A DNA stretch of 64,000 bases from a virus. The number at the start of each line of letters is the position of its first letter. Position 1 is the stretch's first letter. The stretch covers positions 1-64,000 of the IMG/VR virus record IMGVR_UViG_3300037804_000367; one strand, given 5' to 3'. Below, piece after piece: positions 31,172 through 37,624 of the stretch. The position numbers and the translations under genes were made by a program. The notes beneath the pieces are model-generated. The model saw only the letters and a list, made by a program, of their open reading frames with translations, was not told the origin of the DNA and did not search any database.

Positions 31172-31245
31172 TATCACTGCTAGGACTCGAACCTAGAACC
31201 TATGGTTTAGAAAACCACTACTCTATCCAATTGAGCTACAGCGAC
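31172..31245 (-). tRNA. tRNA-Arg(TCT)
   Basis: GTCGCTG/CAGTGAT, GTGGT-TTTCTAA-ACCAT. Confidence 0.9.
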
Positions 31246-31259
31246 ATGTTGTAAAAAAG

Positions 31260-31331
31260 TCCACCTGGTTGGTTTCGATCCAACTTCCCCGATTTAAAAG
31301 ACCGGTGCTATCCCAATTCAGCTACAGGTGG
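31260..31331 (-). tRNA. tRNA-Lys(TTT)
   Basis: CCACCTG/CAGGTGG, CCGGT-CTTTTAA-ATCGG, T-loop ATCGAAA. Confidence 0.82.
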
Positions 31332-31346
31332 GTGTTTGTAAAAAAG

Positions 31347-31418
31347 CCTCGTAGGTAGGTAACGATCCTACATCTCCGGTTCTTCAAACCAGCGCTAATC
31401 CATTTCAGCTACTACGAG
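31347..31418 (-). tRNA. tRNA-Phe(GAA)
   Basis: CTCGTAG/CTACGAG, CTGGT-TTGAAGA-ACCGG, T-loop ATCGTTA, G73. Confidence 0.8.
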
Positions 31419-31426
31419 AGTTGTTT

Positions 31427-31515
31427 AATCACAAGTCGCATGGTAGGCAGCTGTGCTTGCGCAGTGAACTGTTCATTGCATTAGACCTCTCTCGAAAGAG
31501 TTACGTCTTGTGATT
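31427..31515 (-). ncRNA. Unknown ~90-nt structured RNA inside the tRNA operon
   Basis: Closing stem AATCACAAG/CTTGTGATT, CTCT-TTCG-AGAG hairpin, further internal stems. Confidence 0.5.
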
Positions 31516-31531
31516 AAAGTTGTAAAAATTA

Positions 31532-31605
31532 TACCGCAGGAGAGACTCGAACTCTCAAACTCTGGTTTCTAAAACCAGTCCATATGCCAATTCTGGTACT
31601 GCGGC
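31532..31605 (-). tRNA. tRNA-Leu(TAG) with a short variable loop
   Basis: GCCGCAG/CTGCGGT, CTGGT-TTTAGAA-ACCAG, 5-nt variable region, A73. Confidence 0.85.
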
Positions 31606-31611
31606 TTAAAG

Positions 31612-31685
31612 TACACGGAGAGGGACTCGAACCCACAATCTTCTGTATGTAAAACAGATGCCTTAGCCAATTTGGCTATCCGTGC
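31612..31685 (-). tRNA. tRNA-Val(TAC)
   Basis: GCACGGA/TCCGTGT, TCTGT-TTTACAT-ACAGA. Confidence 0.9.
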
Positions 31686-31698
31686 TTATTGTAAAATA

Positions 31699-31772
31699 TC
31701 TGTGAGGTAGGATTTGAACCTACAGCCTCCGACGTCCAAGGTCGGCCATCAACCAGATCGATATCCACACAG
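31699..31772 (-). tRNA. tRNA-Pro(TGG) copy 1
   Basis: CTGTGTG/CTCACAG, CCGAC-CTTGGAC-GTCGG. Confidence 0.8.
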
Positions 31773-31786
31773 TTCTGAATTGTAAA

Positions 31787-31856
31787 CTGATGCGATAGGA
31801 TTTGAACCTATACCCTCCTTGCGCTAGGAGTGCTCTTCCCAATAAACTACACATCA
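31787..31856 (-). pseudogene. Atypical tRNA with a 6-nt anticodon loop (AGCGCA)
   Basis: TGATGTG/CGCATCA acceptor, canonical T-arm, CTCCT/AGGAG stem. Confidence 0.55.
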
Positions 31857-31869
31857 TTAGTAAAATGTA

Positions 31870-31943
31870 TCGGTGTGAGAGGATTTGAACCTCCAGTCTT
31901 TTCGCCCCAAACGAAACGCCTTACCAGATTAGGCTACACACCG
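31870..31943 (-). tRNA. tRNA-Pro(TGG) copy 2
   Basis: CGGTGTG/CACACCG, TTTCG-TTTGGGG-CGAAA. Confidence 0.9.
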
Positions 31944-31953
31944 TTATAAAAAT

Positions 31954-32028
31954 TGGAGCCTATGGGGAGTACCGAGATCCCGACCTGCTGGTTACAAATC
32001 AGCTGCTCTGCCACTGAGCTACATAGGC
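31954..32028 (-). tRNA. tRNA-Thr(TGT) copy 1, CCA encoded, unusual T-loop
   Basis: GCCTATG/CATAGGC, GCTGA-TTTGTAA-CCAGC. Confidence 0.8.
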
Positions 32029-32037
32029 ATTGTAAAG

Positions 32038-32113
32038 TGGAGCCGCCTGACAGAATCGAACTGACATTCCTGCATTACAAAAGCAGTTTCTTAAGCCATT
32101 AGAAGAAGGCGGC
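32038..32113 (-). tRNA. tRNA-Thr(TGT) copy 2, CCA encoded
   Basis: GCCGCCT/AGGCGGC, loop TTTGTAA. Confidence 0.8.
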
Positions 32114-32123
32114 ATTTAAAACT

Positions 32124-32199
32124 TGGTGGAGAATACCGGCCTCGAACCGGTGTCGGGTGGGTGCAAGCCACCTGTTTTATCCATCTAAACTAATTCCCC
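32124..32199 (-). tRNA. tRNA-Ala(TGC), CCA encoded
   Basis: G3:U70, GGTGG-CTTGCAC-CCACC. Confidence 0.92.
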
Positions 32200-32219
32200 A
32201 AAAATCTTTACTATAGTGA

Positions 32220-32738
32220 CTACCCTAACGACAGCCCTCTTGCACTTCTACCATTACCTTTATTTCGTCCGCCAAATGTTTCAGTCTGACTATGACAATT
32301 AGGACAAATTAATCTCAAGTTAGTTGGAAAGTTATTTCCTGCGTTCCCGTCGATGTGGTCTACTTGTAGTGTTAAAGGCTTGTTATTATATTCACTTATA
32401 TTACATAGTGCACATTTATATCCTTGATCATGAGTTAAGCAACGTCTCAGGGTATTTCTAGTTTCTATCAATCCGTCTCTAAATCTACAAAGGGTAGTGT
32501 TCTCAAATTTATAGTTTGCTTGGCAAATATTATTACAGTATATTTTTTTACTATGTTTTATATCTGCTTTACAATACTTACAATTTGATAATCTACCTTT
32601 ATATGATCGTAATGTATTTGTAACCGTTGCTCTACATGATTTACTACAGAACTTGTTTGTTCTTTGTTTAAATGTTAACATGCTGTTACAGCACTGACAA
32701 TATTTTGGATGTTCACTATATATTTGTTTTGTTATCAT
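32220..32738 (-). mobile_element. HNH homing endonuclease
   Basis: FCSKSC, CALC, LQVDHIDGN..NN...NLRLICPNCH.QT.TF. TATAAATA at 32757. Confidence 0.9.
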
Positions 32739-32803
32739 TTCACATCTCCTTTCTATTATTTATAATATACAGGAGTCGAACTCACTAGCACAAGTTAAAA
32801 AAG

Positions 32804-32877
32804 TGCAACGTACCGGTCTCGAACCGATCTTATTTCTCGTTGGCAACGAGATGCCATACCAACTAGGCGAACGATGC
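32804..32877 (-). tRNA. tRNA-Gly(GCC)
   Basis: TCTCG-TTGCCAA-CGAGA, canonical T-arm. Confidence 0.85.
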
Positions 32878-32935
32878 ATGTAAAATTTACTTCTATCTTC
32901 TATCACATGTTATAAAACAGATCAATGTTAAAATA

Positions 32936-33009
32936 TGGCTACCCCGACTGGTTACGATCCAATCCTAACTCTTTCAAAGAGAGCTGTGCTACCAATACAC
33001 TACAGGGCA
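32936..33009 (-). tRNA. tRNA-Gln(TTG), CCA encoded
   Basis: U1:A72, GCTCT-CTTTGAA-AGAGT, T-loop ATCGTAA. Confidence 0.82.
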
Positions 33010-33020
33010 GTCTAAAAAGT

Positions 33021-33096
33021 TGGCGGTATAGACGAGAGACGATCTCGCAACCTTCCGATAGACAATCGGATGCTCTGCCAATTGAGCTACTATACC
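33021..33096 (-). tRNA. tRNA-Asp(GTC) copy 1, CCA encoded
   Basis: GGTATAG/CTATACC, TCCGA-TTGTCTA-TCGGA, T-loop ATCGTCT. Confidence 0.85.
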
Positions 33097-33103
33097 AATT
33101 AAG

Positions 33104-33185
33104 TGCCGCCTCTGGGTAACGATCCCAGCGAGCATAATGCGCAGGTTTTACAGACCTGATCCCCTCCTTAGAGATATACAACGGC
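33104..33185 (-). tRNA. tRNA-Tyr(GTA)
   Basis: CAGGT-CTGTAAA-ACCTG, long variable arm, T-loop ATCGTTA. Confidence 0.8.
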
Positions 33186-33194
33186 TTAAAATAA

Positions 33195-33267
33195 CGGTTC
33201 ATACGAGATTTGAACTCGTGTTCCGCCCGTGACAGGGGCGTGTCCTAACCAACTAGACGAATGAACC
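33195..33267 (-). tRNA. tRNA-Asp(GTC) copy 2
   Basis: GGTTCAT/ATGAACC, CGCCC-CTGTCAC-GGGCG, G73. Confidence 0.9.
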
Positions 33268-33276
33268 TTAAAAGTT

Positions 33277-33897
33277 TTATTTTTTTCTTGTTTTATAAGT
33301 GCTGGTTTGAGAATGACAATTAGGACATAACATTCTCAAATTAGAAATTTCATTATTCCTATGATCACCGTTAATATGATCAACATCCAAAGTAATATCA
33401 TTTCCTAACCAGTTTGTCAAATGACAGCTAGAGCAAATATTCATATCTAATATTTTGAATTTCTTTACTGCTCTGCTAATACTACTCCTATCATACTCAC
33501 TATTTTTACAAAAAATCAATTCTCTTGTCCATTCCTTTTTCCCTCTCCTATATGATTTTTTTAAATCAAAATGTTCTAAACTTAGATTATGTTCTTTGAT
33601 CTTCAATTTCACATTTTTTATATTATTATTATGATAAGTTAAATTTAATTGTTTTAATACATCAGCCATACAAATTGAATTAGCAATAGCTGATTTTAAG
33701 TCATTAATGCTATATCTCATACTTCTACGACAAAGCAAAATTCCATTTTGCGTTAGCCTTTCTGAAAGGATTTCTCGCACTCCAGTGTCTTGACTTTCTA
33801 TAACCTTTAAAATATTTGAGATTGATTTGTGTTTATAATACAAATCACAAAGTTCAACATCTGTCATTTTTCGTACAATTTCTCTTTTCGTCATAAT
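33277..33897 (-). mobile_element. HNH homing endonuclease (likely start MTKREI)
   Basis: CSSC..W....LDVDHINGDH.NN.ISNLRMLCPNCHSQT.TY. Confidence 0.9.
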
Positions 33898-34010
33898 GGC
33901 ACCTCTTATTGTTACACCTGTCATTATTTATAACAACTATAGCACTAACTGTGCCCTAACAACTACATAAAATAAAGAGGAAATCAACAGACTTTCTTAC
34001 TGAATTTTAA

Positions 34011-34176
34011 TGGGAAGTGTAGGAATCGAACCTACGAATGTTTACAAAAGCTCATCAGCCTCATTCAACTTGATCGGCGCTAACCCTAATCAAGCGGTAA
34101 ACTCTAAGTCACTTAGCCTCCATGACCTATTTGTGTGCCCGATGACGCTAATCATCATCATCTCATCTACTTCCCA
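34011..34176 (-). ncRNA. tRNA-like RNA (~166 nt) with an expanded core
   Basis: TGGGAAGT/ACTTCCCA acceptor and GTAGG-TTCGATT-CCTAC T-arm enclosing ~130 nt of branched stems. Confidence 0.7.
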
Positions 34177-34193
34177 GTAAATTGTTTGTAAAG

Positions 34194-34267
34194 TACTACA
34201 GGAGAGATTTGAACTCTCAGTCACCTGTTTATCAGACAGGCGGCTTAACCAATTTGCCTACCGTAGT
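34194..34267 (-). tRNA. tRNA-Ile(GAT)
   Basis: ACTACGG/CTGTAGT, CCTGT-CTGATAA-ACAGG. Confidence 0.88.
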
Positions 34268-34276
34268 AAAAGTGAG

Positions 34277-34409
34277 TGGGGTCGGTAGGAATCGAACCTA
34301 CTTACAACTTTATCCAAGCATTAAGTAATAGCTTATTACTTTCACTATTTAGCCTAGTGATTAATTTTAAGGATATCTAAACAAGTTGCTCTTCCACTAA
34401 GCAACCCCA
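34277..34409 (-). ncRNA. tRNA-like RNA (~133 nt) whose anticodon loop is replaced by a branched insert
   Basis: TGGGGTTG/CGACCCCA, T-arm, CAACTT/AAGTTG, ATCC/GGAT, TCACTA/TAGTGA and AAGTAATA/TATTACTT stems. Confidence 0.72.
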
Positions 34410-34427
34410 TGTAAATTTTTAATAAAT

Positions 34428-34504
34428 TGGTGCGACATGAGAGACTCGAACTCTCAACATCCACATTGGAAGTGTGGCACTCTAGCCAATTGAGTTAATG
34501 TCGC
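34428..34504 (-). tRNA. tRNA-Gly(TCC), CCA encoded
   Basis: GCGACAT/ATGTCGC, CCACA-CTTCCAA-TGTGG. Confidence 0.92.
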
Positions 34505-34588
34505 ATTTAAAAGTACCGCCGTGATATTGATCTATGGTGTCGACCCCTTCGATCTTCAAACCCTTAGAGTGAGCTTATATTACTCAAG

Positions 34589-34661
34589 TGGAGGACACGG
34601 GACTCGAACCCACAATGCCGGCAGTTTGCCGGTGAAGTTAACCAATTACTTCCAATCCCCC
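34589..34661 (-). tRNA. Ala-identity tRNA-like RNA with a non-canonical 5-nt anticodon loop
   Basis: GGGGGAT/GTCCTCC with G3:U70 and A73, CCGGC-AAACT-GCCGG. Confidence 0.6.
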
Positions 34662-34749
34662 GAGCAACATTATTCACACCGTTCGGGTTTGTTTTTATAT
34701 CACGACTTGGCATCCCCATCCTCCCTTTCGGGACTCCGCTTCTGCCTGA

Positions 34750-34821
34750 CTGATCTAGCTGGACTCGAACCAACATTTTACAAATTAACAGTTTGCTGCA
34801 TTACCATTATGCTATAGACCA
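34750..34821 (-). tRNA. tRNA-Asn(GTT)
   Basis: TGGTCTA/TAGATCA, GCAAA-CTGTTAA-TTTGT, G73. Confidence 0.9.
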
Positions 34822-35041
34822 AGGTAAAAAACATTTACTTAACATTTAAATCTTTATCATTCGGCGTAGTTAGTTTAAAAACTACCTTTAGGATGTTCCC
34901 CGTCTGAAAATGTTTGGTGGATTCGCAGAGTTGATGATAAATATCCTTGTCGGTTCCGTTGTTAAGTAAATGTAAAGATGTATTTAATTTAGGGTACTGC
35001 TGTAACCATTACGCTACATTACGGTTCTAACTTAGATACAA

Positions 35042-35112
35042 TGGCGGGTGCCGGACTCGAACCGACGTGCGAGGCTTATGAGACCCCTGAGTGACCACTA
35101 CTCTAACCCGCT
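35042..35112 (-). tRNA. tRNA-Met(CAT), initiator-like
   Basis: A1xC72 mismatch, G-rich anticodon stem, loop CTCATAA. Confidence 0.8.
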
Positions 35113-35335
35113 ACAAAAAGTAAGCCTCTATATTTTTGTTATCTCGGAGGTTGACACTTACCCGTCCTCCGACTACTCATAATTTTTAAAATGGTGGATC
35201 GCTTATTTTTCATGATCGTCCACACCGTAACACTTTATAAACAAACTAGTATTTATTATAAAGCTTATACCTGCTTCACGAACCGCCTGACCATTATCCG
35301 AATTGTTTTAGTTTCGGCAACTACAGTTGTTAAAA

Positions 35336-35459
35336 AGCCCACCACTGGAATCGAACCAGTTCCTAGAGTCGGGTTTGTTCCTTTGCGAAGCGCTTCACTC
35401 GGGACCTCCATCTAATATAACCTCAGCAAGTGAGTGCTCTACCAATGAGCTAAATGAGC
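35336..35459 (-). ncRNA. tRNA-like RNA (~124 nt, Thr-like body) with a ~55-nt insert
   Basis: GCTCATT/GGTGGGC, D-arm GCTC-ATTGGTA-GAGC, T-arm ACTGG-TTCGATT-CCAGT. Confidence 0.65.
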
Positions 35460-35474
35460 ATGTTGTTTGTAAAA

Positions 35475-35535
35475 TGGCGCTGGAACTAGGAGTGCATGCC
35501 TAGATTTACCATCCCTATCCTAAGGGACGTCCAAC
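35475..35535 (-). ncRNA. Minimal ~61-nt tRNA-like RNA ending CCA
   Basis: GTTGGA/TCCAGC acceptor-like stem, TCCC/GGGA hairpin, CTAGG/CCTAG T-like arm. Confidence 0.4.
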
Positions 35536-35541
35536 ATTTAG

Positions 35542-35615
35542 TATTCCAGACGGGGCTCGAACCCGCAATCTTCTGCGTGAAAGGCAGACGAGATGACCAA
35601 TTACTCCACTGGAAC
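35542..35615 (-). tRNA. tRNA-Glu(TTC)
   Basis: GTTCCAG/CTGGAAT, TCTGC-CTTTCAC-GCAGA. Confidence 0.9.
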
Positions 35616-35731
35616 AAATATTAAGATCAACAAAGTTTACCAAGCTTATACTACGCCAAGTCTTTAATCGATCTTAAAGATTTGCTTTAAGGACTGGTTA
35701 TCCTTAAAGACTTTTATCTTTACATTTTTTA

Positions 35732-35750
35732 ATTCAATTTTCAAAGATCT
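35732..35750 (-). promoter_or_regulatory. rrn-type boxA-like antitermination element in the tRNA operon leader
   Basis: AGATCTTTGAAAATTGAAT, between tandem promoters (35815, 35934) and the first tRNA. Confidence 0.6.
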
Positions 35751-36237
35751 TTCGGATTGGGCCCTAACGCCTGATCCTTTCTTACCTACTTTACTATACT
35801 CTCTATTGTGAGATAGTCAAGCTGTTTTTAAAACTTTCTTAGAGTTTTTTTAGAACTCTCTGACTTTCATTTGATGTTCCTCAGTTAGTATTATTTGTTT
35901 CTTACTTCTTTACTATACTCCGGAACAAAAAAAAGTCAAGCTCTCTTTGAAGAAAACTTGACTTTAAAATTTGATTTTGGATTTTGGATTTAATCTACAA
36001 TTTTATATCAAGTCTCCTAGAGGTTTTTGCACGGGTTCATTAAAACTCGCATTCATGCCTCGATCAATCGTGCACACAGGTGCTGCAATTGTCCCCTGAA
36101 GGGCAATCGATCTATAGCTTGTATGTAGATTAGTAAACATGTGAAATTGTAAATCCTTTTAAATTGTTTGTGTCTTTCTTTTATTTATGTTATATACTCT
36201 GATAACTTAAAGCACTTTATACTAACTTTCTTATTTA

Positions 36238-37623
36238 TTACGAAGATTTCTTTTTGAAGTACGAAGATGTTTTTGTATCCCGTTCTAATCCAACAAACTG
36301 CAATACTATATTTAATGCATCTTGAATTGATTGATTCTTATTCTTCGTGATAGCCTTTCCAATATCTTTAACAGATCCTTTTTGATCACAAAAGCCGATA
36401 ACGAGTTTATCTTTATCTTTAATTTGTGCAATTGCTTCTTTGCATCCTCTTAGTCTTGCTATTGATCTATCTGTATCTGGATTATCATTTAACCATTCAA
36501 CAGTAGGTTCTAGTTTTAAAAACTGTTCCTTCTCTCTATTCTTTTGTCTTTTAATATCGCTCTTTGTGTCCATACCGAACATGCCCATCAATTCGTCAAC
36601 GTCATCATCATCATCATCTTCTAATGGGTTTGGAAAATCTTCATCTTCTTTGAACATGTCTTGAATATCTTGCTTCAGTATCTTATCAGCTACTTCATCT
36701 CTTAATGGGTGATCAAGTTCGTTGCGATCTTCTAAGTAGTCAATCTTCAATGCAAGCATTTCAACTACTTTAATAAAATAGTATTCAACTTTAAATAATA
36801 CTGAACGGGCGTCAATGTTATTAACAAGTGCCTCGTCCCAGCCAAGATGTACATGATATCTTTTATGTTTACGATAATATGATTTCTTTAACTTCACAAA
36901 TGCGTTGATTGTATTTGTATGAATCTGTTCACTATAATGCTTCACTATGTCATACGCAATGTCCATCATGTCATCAGCAACTACTGAAAGACTTTGTTTG
37001 ACATCATCTTGGTGTATTCTTGTTTCGGCTTCATCAAGATCTCTCTCAACTGAAAGCATCCGAGCAAGTCTTTTAATGAACATGTTTCTTCTTGATTCAG
37101 ATTCTAACCCATCACGCAATCTATTCTTTAAAAAGGGACTTAATTGTATTAACTCTTTCATCCAATCAGATGATATTATCTGTTGCTGAAGGTATTCGTA
37201 ACTAGCTAGTTTTAATTCTTCAATCATCTCTTCTGGAAAAATATCAATACTCTCATTTGAACTATGTTGGTCAACAGTAGTAGCATCAATCCACCTTGTA
37301 CTGTTATTGTCTACTGAAGAGTAAACGTCAAAGGGAAACCAGGCAACATACTTTGCTTTTAAATGCATGAGCACATCACCATCAGTCTCGGTGTTAATGT
37401 CTCCCTGTGACAATTTCTCAGCTGCAACGGTGATCTTCTCGTTTGATTGATTGGCAAGGAACACAGCGCCTTCGTTGTCTGTTGTATGTCTAAACCAATC
37501 ATGCTTGCCATAATTAGGATACAACAACTTAGCGATCTTAGAATCTAATCGCAACTGTCCACGAAGGGCAAGTGCCCAATCAAACGTACTTCTTTTATTC
37601 TGTTCCGCTAGTTGTTGTTTCAT
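36238..37623 (-). CDS. Large hypothetical protein (likely start 37623)
   Basis: ATG at 37623 coupled to the upstream stop at 37625. Helical, with an acidic stretch. Confidence 0.7.
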   Translation of the reverse strand: MKQQLAEQNKRSTFDWALALRGQLRLDSKIAKLLYPNYGKHDWFRHTTDNEGAVFLANQSNEKITVAAEKLSQGDINTETDGDVLMHLKAKYVAWFPFDVYSSVDNNSTRWIDATTVDQHSSNESIDIFPEEMIEELKLASYEYLQQQIISSDWMKELIQLSPFLKNRLRDGLESESRRNMFIKRLARMLSVERDLDEAETRIHQDDVKQSLSVVADDMMDIAYDIVKHYSEQIHTNTINAFVKLKKSYYRKHKRYHVHLGWDEALVNNIDARSVLFKVEYYFIKVVEMLALKIDYLEDRNELDHPLRDEVADKILKQDIQDMFKEDEDFPNPLEDDDDDDVDELMGMFGMDTKSDIKRQKNREKEQFLKLEPTVEWLNDNPDTDRSIARLRGCKEAIAQIKDKDKLVIGFCDQKGSVKDIGKAITKNKNQSIQDALNIVLQFVGLERDTKTSSYFKKKSS

Positions 37624-37624
37624 A

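Noticed and set aside
34011-34176. tmRNA
   Set aside because: Too short, no G3:U70 alanine identity, and no tag ORF or pseudoknot series evident.
34960-35030. Additional tRNA (CGTAATGTAGCGTAATGGTTAC..)
   Set aside because: Only a 5'-half/D-arm-like remnant. No T-arm or matching acceptor strand.
34277-35459. Group I introns in tRNAs
   Set aside because: The inserts are only about 55-75 nt and lack P7 core sequences.
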